Positions 1 through 9,760 of a stretch of 64,000 nucleotides of DNA are shown one piece after another. A model generated the notes under the pieces. That model made no database searches and was not told the origin of the DNA. It saw only the letters and a list, made by a program, of their open reading frames with translations. Origin of the DNA: Nemertoderma westbladi (taxonomy: Eukaryota; Animalia; Xenacoelomorpha); assembly GCA_032718475.1 (NCBI GenBank), contig JAUCBJ010001919.1, positions 1-64,000 of the forward strand, given 5' to 3'. Position 1 is the first letter of the stretch, and the number at the start of each line of letters is the position of its first letter. Position numbers and translations under genes: made by a program.

Positions 1-348
1 ATGTAAAAATAACGCGAAATAACGAACAATGAATATTATCATTAGGGAATATAAACAATTAAGTATTTTAGGCAATTAGAAGCTTTTTGGTACTATAAAT
101 AATAAAAACTGTGCCGGTAATTACTGTTATGGTGTTTCACTTGCATTAAAGATGATTCTAGAACGAGTTTAATTAAACATATCGAGTATAAATGCACAAA
201 TAATGATAAAACAATATTATCATTGTAAGCCACGATTAATAATTAGCTAAAATATCGTAGTAATTATATAAAATAAGGATTAACTTTTAATTAAAGAACT
301 TTAATTAATGTTAGATGGTATGCAGTTAGTGGAGCCGAGTAACTCTAG

Positions 349-1157
349 TTACACCATGTCCTGGAATAGTGTCGTACTCTGCCACCCCCCCCCCCCCCCC
401 CCCCCTAATATTTCTACAAATCGTAATGAGATTGCATGAAATTTGAAAGAGAGATAGTTTCACCTCCCTCCTCCTTACTGGGTGAGCCAGAATTTTTATT
501 TTCGCTTTCAATCTTTAGCTACAAGCGTTTAAAAAAAGTGTCTCCAGCGATATCACACCAGTTACACCGCAGTTATTATTCTACCTTATAGTTGTTTGTT
601 TGTAACAATGGAAAGCTGGCCATGCAAGGATTCCAAATATGTAAAAATATTTGAATTTGGTTGGGAAATAGCTGAGATATGGGCATTCGAATGTTGCATG
701 TATTAGCTTCCGTTGCAGGCCATTTATTCTATTAAATAAATACACAATGTTCTAGAACATTTTGATTATGTATGAATATCCATTTACTAGTATTATCATG
801 TAGGCATTGCATTGTTGCCAAGCTACTTATGAGATAAACAAAATGTTCTAGAACATTGTGTATTTATTAATAGAATAAATGGCCCGCATGCATACATGCA
901 ACATTCGAATGCCAATAACTCAGCTGTTTCCCAACCAAATTAACATATTTTTACACATTTGGAATCCTTGCACGGCCAGCTTTCCACTAAGTACCAACAA
1001 ATCACTAAATGTTTGAAGAATAACTGCGGTGTAACTGGTGCGATATCGACGGAGACACCTTTTTTAAACGCTTGTTCCGGCTCACCCAGCAAGGAGAAGG
1101 GAGGTGAAACGATCTCTGTTTCAAATATTCCAGGACATGGTGTTGGTGTTGGTGTAA
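349..1157. mobile_element. Foldback/MITE-like non-autonomous element: long imperfect inverted repeat (arms ~351-764 and ~838-1143, ~75-bp spacer)
   Basis: ACACCATGTCCTGGAATA (351-368) is the exact reverse complement of TATTCCAGGACATGGTGT (1126-1143). Complementarity continues inward for ~300 bp (e.g. TTTCACCTCCCT/AGGGAGGTGAAA, CCAGTTACACCGCAGTTATT/AATAACTGCGGTGTAACTGG, GGCATTCGAATGTTGCATGTAT/ATACATGCAACATTCGAATGCC). The left arm has two insertions relative to the right. No convincing coding capacity. Confidence 0.8.
385..405. repeat. Poly-C homopolymer (~21 nt) inside an insertion in the left foldback arm
   Basis: Directly visible run of C at 385-405. Confidence 0.9.
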
Positions 1158-1854
1158 TATAGTGAACTAGTATAATATATATTAGCAACGCGTAATAATA
1201 GAATCATCCGTTAATAATTATACCAGCAAACAAATACAAACCATAATATAATAAATAGCCTTAAAAGCTGTTTGATAGTACCGGTAATAGTTTAGTGATT
1301 ATTTTAATTATAATTAATTATAATTACTTCGGTTTGTTTTACAGTAGTTCCTGAGATCGACGAATCATTTTGTTGATTTCTTTGTCAGAATGATCCAAGG
1401 TGGATATCGATGGATTGAAATATCTCGGAATAATTTAAACGCACCGACGATTTCCAGTGCGAATTTAAAAAAAAACTGTTAGGCTTACAGGGTAAGTCGG
1501 GTACAGGTATATTCCAACCAGAATCTAATAAATTCATACAACTAATACTCTTCTTGTCTGGATGAACGATTGATTGCACGCCGGACGGTGAGTAGTACAA
1601 CAACTACAACACACTACCAAACAGCTATCAAACATTACTATCGCTTAATTAGTATCACCGGTTGTTTTTTAAATAAAATAATTTACTCGATTATAAAAAA
1701 AAGTAGCGGAAATAAAACGGAAATAACTAGTTTTAGGTGACCGAAATTCAGACAGACTTTATTCCCTCCGGTTGAGTTACTTCAGATAATTTATCGAATA
1801 TAATTTCCACTAAATACCAATAGAGCCCCTTAATCATTGAGCTGCAAATAGCAC

Positions 1855-1860
1855 TTTATT
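1855..1860 (-). promoter_or_regulatory. Candidate polyadenylation signal (AATAAA) for the PKC gene
   Basis: TTTATT on + lies ~190 nt 3' of the PKC stop, with a second at 1758-1763. The AT-rich context makes a chance match likely. Confidence 0.3.
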
Positions 1861-2051
1861 AAAGCCAAGTAAATATTAGATTATATTCTAGATTAAATAT
1901 TCCAAATACAAAAATAAATCATTTTACTTTTATAGGACACCCGCTCTCTCTCTACCTGATACAACGAGCGCGCGCGTAGGAAAGCTGCGGATATCAACCC
2001 GATCGTACCGGTACCGGACGGACACACAACTAATACAGGAAAGGCGGCGAT

Positions 2052-4196
2052 CTACAACAGAGAAGGATCCTTACAAACAAAGGAGAACCCATCGAACTGT
2101 TTCTGGTCGATGAGACCGACCATAGACTGGTCGACGGGAGTGAGACCGACCTTCTCGCGCGTGAAGTCCGCGTCGAAGTTGTCGGTGTCCCCGGGATGTC
2201 GGATACTGGGCCGGAAGGGGACCGGGAGGAACTCCCGCGCCTCCAGTCGGACCCAGTCGATCTTCCGGAAGAACGCGTGTCTCTGCAGGTCGACCCCGGA
2301 GGCGGATGGCTCCCGACAGCCGAGCCGCCGCTCCAACGGTTCCCGCACGAACAGCCCCGCCAGCACCCCGACCGCGTCCCGACTCAGATACCGTGGGTAG
2401 GCCGGCGCGTGCGCCCGGATCGCCAAGAACAACTCGTCCTCGTCGCCCCCGTGGAACGGACTCTGGCCGCACAGCATCTCGTACAGCAGCACCCCGAAGC
2501 TCCACCAGTCCACGCTGAACCCGTACGGCTGCCGCTTAAGGATCTCGGGGGCGATGTAATCCGGCGTGCCGCAGAACGTCAGCGCCGGGTTGTCCTTGGC
2601 CACCGCCTCCCGACACATACCGAAGTCGGCGATCTTGCAGTGTCCCTCCCCGTCGAGCAGCACGTTGTCCAGTTTGAGGTCCCGGTAGACGATAGCGAGA
2701 CGGTGCAGATGCTGCAACCCGCAGAGGATCTCCGCCGCGTAGAACCGACTGCGTTCCTCGCTGAATCTCCCGTCCTGCTGGATGTGGAACATTAGATCCC
2801 CGCCGTTCACGAACTCCATCACGAAGAACAACCGCGCCTGTGTCTGGAACGAGGCGACCAGATGCGTTAGGAACGGATGGCTGTTTCCTTTACTGAACAC
2901 TCGCCGCTCTATAAGAGTGCACTCAACGTCGTCGTCTTCCACAACAACCTCTTTCTTTAAGACTTTGATAGCGAAGTATTGTTTGTTTAGTTCGTGTCGC
3001 ACTAAGAAGACCTTCCCGAAGGATCCCTTACCGAGCAACCGGAGTATGTTAAAGTCAGTGAGTCGGTAGGGGCGTTGCTTACCTTGGGGCGAGGGCGCCA
3101 CTGCGGGCTGGGGCGCGGTCTCGGTGCCCCAGATCTGCTCGTACTGATCCTCTGGCTCCTCCTCACCCACGGACGACGTCGACGGCTCCCGGCCCACCAG
3201 GTGGTAGTCCGAGGAACTCACCGACATCCCGGGGGTCCCGCGTCCGCGCGCCTCTACCGTCGGGATCGGGCTGTAGCCCTCCTCCTCCGCGCGGCCCTTC
3301 TTGATCTCCCGGAGGATCTCCGACATCTGTTTCGGGTTGATCCCGCACAGATTGGCGACGCGGGTTTGGCACTTGCGATGGGCGTTGGTGCCGCAGGTTT
3401 CGCACTTGACGCCCTGCTTGAAGAGGCCCCAGAGGAGCGAACCGCAGTGGTCGCAGAATGCCGGCGACGAGTAGTTGTGGCTCTTGAAGCGATGCGGAAC
3501 GTCGATATTAAACCGCTCTTTAATCATCTTTGTGTCCGCACTCTCCTGTAACACCCCGGGGCATCTACCCAACACCTTCTCGTGACACTTTTTGTGCACC
3601 GTTATGGTGCACTCTTTGCACTGGTAACCCTGTTTGTTCGCCAAACCCCACATAAATTCGCGGCAATGCGAGCAAAATGTGGGCTGACGGAAAAACCTCG
3701 CGTAGAACTGGTGGCCGAGGTAGGCGTGCACCTTGGCTTGTCGGATGGCCCCGCGTCGCCGTCTCACGCCGCCTTCCTTTAGTTCGACGGCGCCAGATCG
3801 AGACGACTCCGCTCGCTGACTGTCCGTCGCCTCGTTAAACAATCGAACCTCGATTTTCAGCCGATGCCAGGGTTTCAGATCGAGCCACAGCGCCACACTG
3901 CTATCAACGGCAGCGGCGCACTTATCCGACAGCTGTCGGACAGGAAGCTCGGCTTCCGCGACCGTCCGGTTCCCCTGGTCCATCAGCAGGATCTGGACGA
4001 GTCGACCGTCCAGTGTGTGCGCGTCGAAACAGGAAGACCATTGCGGGAACTTTGTGCGCCGCTTCTGTATGTAGGAGTCACCTAGACCCGGGGTCCTCAC
4101 CAACTCTTTGATGTTAACCGCCAAGTAAGGTTCAATCAGTTGGTCTCGGGGGTCGCACTCGTATTTAACTATTTTTACGCGAACAAACTGGCTCAT
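2052..4196 (-). CDS. PRKCD: Novel protein kinase C, delta/theta type (714 aa), single coding exon
   Basis: N-terminal novel C2-like domain. Pseudosubstrate RRRRGAIRQAKVH. Tandem C1 domains (HQFYARFFRQPTFCSHC...CHEKVLGRC; HRFKSHNYSSPAFCDHC...ANLC). AGC kinase motifs GKGSFGKV, AIKVLKK, YRDLKLDN, DFG, TFCGTPDYIAPE. Turn motif LTPVD and hydrophobic motif FDGFSFV. The symbol means PRKCD/PRKCQ-like ortholog group. Confidence 0.95.
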   Translation of the reverse strand: MSQFVRVKIVKYECDPRDQLIEPYLAVNIKELVRTPGLGDSYIQKRRTKFPQWSSCFDAHTLDGRLVQILLMDQGNRTVAEAELPVRQLSDKCAAAVDSSVALWLDLKPWHRLKIEVRLFNEATDSQRAESSRSGAVELKEGGVRRRRGAIRQAKVHAYLGHQFYARFFRQPTFCSHCREFMWGLANKQGYQCKECTITVHKKCHEKVLGRCPGVLQESADTKMIKERFNIDVPHRFKSHNYSSPAFCDHCGSLLWGLFKQGVKCETCGTNAHRKCQTRVANLCGINPKQMSEILREIKKGRAEEEGYSPIPTVEARGRGTPGMSVSSSDYHLVGREPSTSSVGEEEPEDQYEQIWGTETAPQPAVAPSPQGKQRPYRLTDFNILRLLGKGSFGKVFLVRHELNKQYFAIKVLKKEVVVEDDDVECTLIERRVFSKGNSHPFLTHLVASFQTQARLFFVMEFVNGGDLMFHIQQDGRFSEERSRFYAAEILCGLQHLHRLAIVYRDLKLDNVLLDGEGHCKIADFGMCREAVAKDNPALTFCGTPDYIAPEILKRQPYGFSVDWWSFGVLLYEMLCGQSPFHGGDEDELFLAIRAHAPAYPRYLSRDAVGVLAGLFVREPLERRLGCREPSASGVDLQRHAFFRKIDWVRLEAREFLPVPFRPSIRHPGDTDNFDADFTREKVGLTPVDQSMVGLIDQKQFDGFSFVCKDPSLL

Positions 4197-5112
4197 TTCT
4201 AATAAGAATATGCAGTTAATTGATAATATAATATTGCAGTGTGCCGGCAGTCAGGCAGTGAAGTACGGTATATATTACAGTTTGCAGTTAGGCCTATTGC
4301 GACATATAAATAAATATAGACCTACCAGCCTACTCAACAATAATTACTTAATTATACCGTGACCGTTCTGCCGTTACCGGTATATATAAATATTAATTAA
4401 CAATGCTGCAATAACTTCTGAACTAAGAGCAATTTAATGCACCGTCGTCTGCTTGTTGTATATGTATTGTTATATATATATATATTTATTGATAGATCAG
4501 TAGATTGTTTAAAAATTGCACCGCAAGACATAGGCCTACCGGTACTAAAAATGAAATAAATTATTATAATTATAATCTGATAATAGGCAGATACTGAGAT
4601 AAGGCCTACACTAAACTAGGTAGCGTTAGCGATCATTAAATGGTACCGGTAGCGGTAATTAACATATTATTATGACAGTAGGTGGTAGGATAGTCCCTAT
4701 TTGCTATTACCGGTAGTTAAATAAATAATTTTATTTTTAATTTAAATATATAATACAGTAATATATATACAGCCATTCCAGTTTCAGTATAACGGTCGTG
4801 ACATTCCGCTTGGGTTTCCGGTATAAATGAGTATGCTAAGGGCACATGGACTATGCAGCTATGATATGACAGTATGATCCTAAGATATGGACCTTTAATA
4901 AAATCGATACCGCACTGGCAGACTGGAGTACATTACCTGATTACGTTTTATTAATAATAATATATATATATTTCAACACATAAACCAATGAAGATTATTA
5001 GTGCCAGCACGATACAGAATAATTGATGCACGCCTACAGTAGTAGTACAGATTCATAAATTCACAAATTAATAATTATTATAATATTGCACGCACATGTG
5101 AAAAATATTAAC

Positions 5113-8100
5113 TTAAACTGATCTGCACTCCAGAACACGCTCTCTTTGACGAAAAGCATCAAATAAATACCGACCCAGGTTTACCAACTTAGCTTTGTTG
5201 CTGTTCCCCCCAAGTAACTCACGGAATTTACCCTCAGTTGGGGTGTTTAAATAACGCACACTGAAATATTTCTCGCGAATTTCAGTAAAACTCTCACACA
5301 CCAGTAGGAAATGAAATTCATCTTCAATGGCGTTGATATTGCACAATGGACAAATTCTTGCTTCCCTGGGTATCCTGTACCACCTACCCCATTCAATCAG
5401 CAGTGCATGTGATGAGCATCTAAACCTAGCTAAGAGTCTCATTAAACCAGTGTGACCACGTAGCATCGATAGATAGTTTTCCAAGCCAAATTTAACTTTC
5501 ACATAATGTAACCCCTTGGGTGACTGGTCAATCGATCCCCACCACGCCTGTATAAACTGCGCCTGTAATCTATCTTTCACATTAGAAAGAAACACCATAT
5601 CATTCTCCACCCCTTGATTATCCCAGGCCCCGCTAAACCCCAGATTATTTATTAAGTCACGCACAGAAGACGCCCAATTCTTACAAATACTACGAGTATT
5701 GATATCATTTAGTTGCATCTCATACGCATGCTTAATAAGCCTATTATCATTACACTTTACAAGTTTCAGCCAAAACTTTATAATTCTCAAATGCCTATCC
5801 AATATAAGCGGAAATACTCCGGATTCCCCATAGACCATAAAATTGGGAGTCGTCAGTTTAACTCCAAGTTGCCGCTTCAAAAATTTTAATTGCACGCGTT
5901 CTGTTTCAACCGACGATTGAAAACCCCACACTTCACTACCGTACAATAAAATAGGTTTCACTAATGAATTAAACAGTTCACAGGCCAACTTAAAGTCGGT
6001 TGTAGGAAAATTGACTAAATATTTTAGCAGCGCAAATTGCGCTTTCTCGCCTTTGTCTGCCAGACATTTCTGTGCAGTTGCAAACCTACCACCACTAGTA
6101 AATATAATTCCTAAATATGTATAGTCGCTAACAACCTTGACCTCGTGGCCGTTAAACATCCATTTTTCATGCATTGAAACTTGGCCTCCTTTCCTGAAAA
6201 TTACTACGTTTGATTTATCGAGGTTAACAGTTAGCGACCAATATGCACAATAATTACTCAACACATCAAACGCATGTTGCAGATCTTCCACTGAGTTAGC
6301 TATAAGCACAATATCATCTGCGTAAAGTAATAACAATAGTTTGAGAACACCAATAGAGATACCTTGTACACCATTATTATGCAGTTCGGCTTCTATATCA
6401 TTTAAAAATAGATTGAACAACAAGGGACTGAGACATTCGCCTTGTCGTACTCCTAACCAACAAATAAACTCATTGGAATAAACACCATCTACCCGAACGC
6501 GAGATTTAACTGAGTTGTACATACTTTTGATTACATTTAACACATTCCCCGAAAACCCCAGCTTTAGTAGCTTAACCCACAATGCACTTCTATCAACGCA
6601 ATCGAATGCTTTCCTTAGGTCAACAAATGCACAATATATTTTACCTATACCACTATTTGCAAAATGATCAATTATAGATTTAAGTATAAATATTTGGTCT
6701 ACTGTAGCGCGGCCCCAACGAAACCCTGATTGGGATTCAATAACCACTCCAAATCCTTCGGACCACCATTGTAGTCGGTTATTTAATACCAATGTGAATA
6801 GCTTACCAAATGCACTTAATAGAGTAATACCTCTGTAGTTATTTGGGTCTCTCAAATCGCCCTTCTTCTTAAAAATAGGAGACACTATACCAGTAGACCA
6901 GCTATCCGGAAAATAACCGCACTGTAAAGCTGCGTTAAAAATACTGGTTACGGTTGGAACTAGGGCCTGTGCCCCATCAATGAAAAATTCATTTAGAATA
7001 CCATCGAATCCAGGTGCCTTATTCCTACGTAACTTTAAAATGGTGTTGGCCACCTCCTCCTCCTCGATGGGCGAGCCAATATAATTCTCAAAAATATATC
7101 TAGCTTGCTGTTGGTCGTAATCATTTGCACCGGGTGGGCTGATTCCCATATCCTGAAAACTAGAGCCAGTGTCATTTAACGCTGTAAAATGTGCTTCAAA
7201 AGTTTCAGCACTAACCGGTGATTTACTGCATTTACTACCGTTAGCACCTTCACAACTGCGCCTTAGCAGCTTCCAAAACTTTTTTGTATCCGCAACTTTG
7301 TAGTTGCGTAGCGCATCTGATTTCTCACAATTATAGTCATATCGCGCTTTGCGCAACGTTTTTTTATATTTACTACGCATTTGGACCATTATAGCACCGG
7401 AAGTAGAATCCTTAGATTCTTTGAAACACCCTAATGAATGTTTAAATGCATCCCTAGCTAAGGCACAGTTCTCATCGAACCACGGCGCACTAGGCCTACC
7501 ACTACTGCAACTGTTAGACACATTACTAGTATTTGGATCAACTTTAAAATATAAATCGGCTACATCACATAATATGTCCGTAAAATCATTAACGGCTACA
7601 TCAACTTTACTGCTGGTTAGCGGCTCCAGACAAGTCACATTGTCTAGGACCTCGTTAAACCTAGATTGTATCTGCTCCGAGCTAAGTATGTCCTTGAAAC
7701 GGTCCCGCTGCGAAGGACGATATTTGTATTTATTGCCGGCGTCACTTGGGAGGCCACCAGCAGTATTGTTAATATTACTGTTATTGTTAACATTGACATT
7801 AATATTACTTGCACCGAGACTAAACGTTGCTGATACTACACAATGGTGGGATATAATATTGGGGTCATTTATTATAAAATCATAACAACAATTGATAAGT
7901 TCAATGTCTCCCAAAAAATAATCAATTGTTGATTTACGTAAACCGCAACATCCGCCATCCGCAAAAAATGTACAAGCTCCCACGCCTCTATCAGCGCCTA
8001 CCCGTCCATTGAACACTTTCAGCGTAGTAGACCGGCATAGAGATATGAGTTTTTCTCCATGCCGATTAACAGTGCTGTCCATGTTACTGCGCAGCCTCAT

Positions 8101-8799
8101 CTCACTGGGTAATACAGAATCATCAAAAATATAATCGTCTGGTAAAAGGCTTTCTAAACCAACACAATAGGAATCATTTGCAATGTAATCTTCCAAGGTA
8201 CCTGTCCTTGCATTGAGGTCACCAACAATTAAAATACTTGCTTGGCTACAGTACAGGGAAATTCCCTCCAGCAACCTATCAAACACACTACCGGTATCAT
8301 TTAGATTGCTAGTTGATGTATCCGGTGGGATATATGCAGCACACAAAATTAAATCTTTTCCAAGCTTTGAACCTGGCTTGCCTTCAAATTTTAACCATAA
8401 AAGATCTTCAGTAGCAAAATCCGCTAATTGACTAACCTTTAATCCCAGAGAATCTGATACATATACAGATACTCCCCCGCTATACCTTTTAGCCTTTCTA
8501 TGTTTATACTTCCTACATACCTCGAATGGCTTACTAAAACCAGCTATATTTACATTACGAATATTGTCTGGAGACAGCCAGGTCTCCACACAGACAAAAA
8601 TATCGTGCTCTGAAATAGTTTCGCAAAATTTAGGATCAGCTACCGCAGTTGTTAACCCTTCCACATTCAAGAGTCCCACCTTCAGTCGTTTATCATTGCG
8701 ATTCGTCTGAGTGTGTCTCAGTTTTGAATTTTTAAATCCTATCCCGTCTGGTTGGCCGTGTCGGCTAGAAAACCCCCCGACCTGTCTCTGATTTTCCAA
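5113..8799 (-). CDS. LINE ORF2: AP-endonuclease + reverse transcriptase + C-terminal Cys/His zinc motif (1228 aa)
   Basis: APE motifs LLNVEGL, CVETWL, YSGGV, AYIPP, GDLNAR, STIDY. RT motifs KAPGFDGI, NYRGITL, QSGFR, FVDLRKAFD, GVRQGECLSPLLF, LYADD, YLGI. C-terminal RICPLC...EDEFHFLLVC, as I recall from RTEX-type elements. The annotated start is TTG, not ATG. Confidence 0.93.
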   Translation of the reverse strand: MENQRQVGGFSSRHGQPDGIGFKNSKLRHTQTNRNDKRLKVGLLNVEGLTTAVADPKFCETISEHDIFVCVETWLSPDNIRNVNIAGFSKPFEVCRKYKHRKAKRYSGGVSVYVSDSLGLKVSQLADFATEDLLWLKFEGKPGSKLGKDLILCAAYIPPDTSTSNLNDTGSVFDRLLEGISLYCSQASILIVGDLNARTGTLEDYIANDSYCVGLESLLPDDYIFDDSVLPSEMRLRSNMDSTVNRHGEKLISLCRSTTLKVFNGRVGADRGVGACTFFADGGCCGLRKSTIDYFLGDIELINCCYDFIINDPNIISHHCVVSATFSLGASNINVNVNNNSNINNTAGGLPSDAGNKYKYRPSQRDRFKDILSSEQIQSRFNEVLDNVTCLEPLTSSKVDVAVNDFTDILCDVADLYFKVDPNTSNVSNSCSSGRPSAPWFDENCALARDAFKHSLGCFKESKDSTSGAIMVQMRSKYKKTLRKARYDYNCEKSDALRNYKVADTKKFWKLLRRSCEGANGSKCSKSPVSAETFEAHFTALNDTGSSFQDMGISPPGANDYDQQQARYIFENYIGSPIEEEEVANTILKLRRNKAPGFDGILNEFFIDGAQALVPTVTSIFNAALQCGYFPDSWSTGIVSPIFKKKGDLRDPNNYRGITLLSAFGKLFTLVLNNRLQWWSEGFGVVIESQSGFRWGRATVDQIFILKSIIDHFANSGIGKIYCAFVDLRKAFDCVDRSALWVKLLKLGFSGNVLNVIKSMYNSVKSRVRVDGVYSNEFICWLGVRQGECLSPLLFNLFLNDIEAELHNNGVQGISIGVLKLLLLLYADDIVLIANSVEDLQHAFDVLSNYCAYWSLTVNLDKSNVVIFRKGGQVSMHEKWMFNGHEVKVVSDYTYLGIIFTSGGRFATAQKCLADKGEKAQFALLKYLVNFPTTDFKLACELFNSLVKPILLYGSEVWGFQSSVETERVQLKFLKRQLGVKLTTPNFMVYGESGVFPLILDRHLRIIKFWLKLVKCNDNRLIKHAYEMQLNDINTRSICKNWASSVRDLINNLGFSGAWDNQGVENDMVFLSNVKDRLQAQFIQAWWGSIDQSPKGLHYVKVKFGLENYLSMLRGHTGLMRLLARFRCSSHALLIEWGRWYRIPREARICPLCNINAIEDEFHFLLVCESFTEIREKYFSVRYLNTPTEGKFRELLGGNSNKAKLVNLGRYLFDAFRQRERVLECRSV

Positions 8800-9596
8800 T
8801 CCCCGCTAACGCCCGCCATATCCCTCTCAATAACAATTACTGGTGTTTGCTGTTGTGAGCCCTGGCTACCCACAGCCGACTCCAAACAACCGTCTAGATT
8901 TGGTCCCGGGTTCAACCCCTCGCCCGGGATAGGGGCCCCAGAACTCCAACCGGGTTCTAACTGGGAGCCATCTGTTCGCCTGCTGGACGATGGAAGGTTA
9001 TCCTGATCAAAGCATCTAGCTAGCTCCGATGATGTCGGTTCGTTCGTCGGTGTCGGTTCAGGTTGCTGTCCATCGAACTTGGACTGACCTTCTTCCCGCG
9101 TATTTTTATCCTCAGCTCGCCTCCTGTCCCCCTCTCTTCGTTTCTCCTCATGTAGACCTTCTTCCTCTCTATTTCTCTTCTCGTCAGCTCGCCTTCTATC
9201 CTCGTCTCTGCGCTCCTCCTCGCGGAAATGTTCTGCCTGTTTACATCTCTTAACCTCCTCAGCTTGCCTCCGTTCAGCCTCTTTGTGCTCTTCTTCCTGT
9301 CGCCATTTCACGTATCCTCGTTGCCATTCCTCCTCCCGGCTTCGATTATCCTCCCTTCGCTTACGCTCCTCTGCCTGCAGACGAACCTCCTCGAGATTAC
9401 GTTCCTCGAGATTACGTTCCTCTTCGCTACGTTTAAGAAACTCCGCTTGTCGGCGCTCCTCCTCCTTGCGTGCCTCATCGTGTCGTAGCTGCTCAACCCA
9501 TCGGTTTCGCTCCTCGGCTCGACTCCGCTCCTCGGCCTCACGCCCAGCATCAGGCACTATACCACCTTTACACACACCTTTACCACACTTTACCAC
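8739..9596 (-). CDS. Putative LINE ORF1 (possibly partial): Glu/Arg-rich helical/coiled-coil protein
   Basis: 285-codon open frame immediately upstream of and overlapping ORF2 on the same strand, with E/R/K-rich repeats (EEERRQAE, EERNLEERNLEE). There is no AUG near its 5' end. Confidence 0.55.
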   Translation of the reverse strand: MVKCGKGVCKGGIVPDAGREAEERSRAEERNRWVEQLRHDEARKEEERRQAEFLKRSEEERNLEERNLEEVRLQAEERKRREDNRSREEEWQRGYVKWRQEEEHKEAERRQAEEVKRCKQAEHFREEERRDEDRRRADEKRNREEEGLHEEKRREGDRRRAEDKNTREEGQSKFDGQQPEPTPTNEPTSSELARCFDQDNLPSSSRRTDGSQLEPGWSSGAPIPGEGLNPGPNLDGCLESAVGSQGSQQQTPVIVIERDMAGVSGDWKIRDRSGGFLADTANQTG

Positions 9597-9711
9597 ACAC
9601 TTTATTGATTATACTCCAGTCGGTGGTTGTCGGTGGCGTATTTAGTCAAACCCCCACAGCCCAGTTTAAATTGCCTAGTACAGTAGTAGAGCAGTCTGGG
9701 AAATTAGCCCA

Positions 9712-9760
9712 ATAGGGAAATTTTAAAATTTCCCTATAGGGAAACTTTTATTTCCCTATA
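9712..9760. repeat. Nested palindrome cluster of TAGGGAAA/TTTCCCTA units
   Basis: ATAGGGAAATTTTAAAATTTCCCTAT (9712-9737) is a perfect 26-bp palindrome. It overlaps TTTCCCTATAGGGAAA (9729-9744) and the hairpin TATAGGGAAA-CTTTTA-TTTCCCTATA (9735-9760). Confidence 0.85.

Larger units (their letters stand above)
4950..9660 (-). mobile_element. Non-LTR retrotransposon (LINE), probably RTEX-like, two overlapping ORFs; ends approximate
   Basis: Uninterrupted APE-RT ORF2 plus an overlapping upstream charged ORF, followed by an AT-rich 3' region. No clear TSD found, so the boundaries are estimates. Confidence 0.8.

Noticed and set aside
361-370. CTGGAATAGT shared between the foldback terminus and the 44-bp unit
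   Set aside because: Only 10 bp, with no flanking similarity, which is compatible with chance.
326-1603. Short ORFs at 326-511, 940-1188, 959-1162 and 1385-1603
   Set aside because: They are short, mostly within the foldback arms, and lack recognisable motifs. I cannot exclude a small exon near 1385-1600 but have no support for one.
2071-4085. Several alternative-frame and antisense ORFs overlapping PKC
   Set aside because: They are shadows of GC-rich coding sequence with no recognisable motifs.
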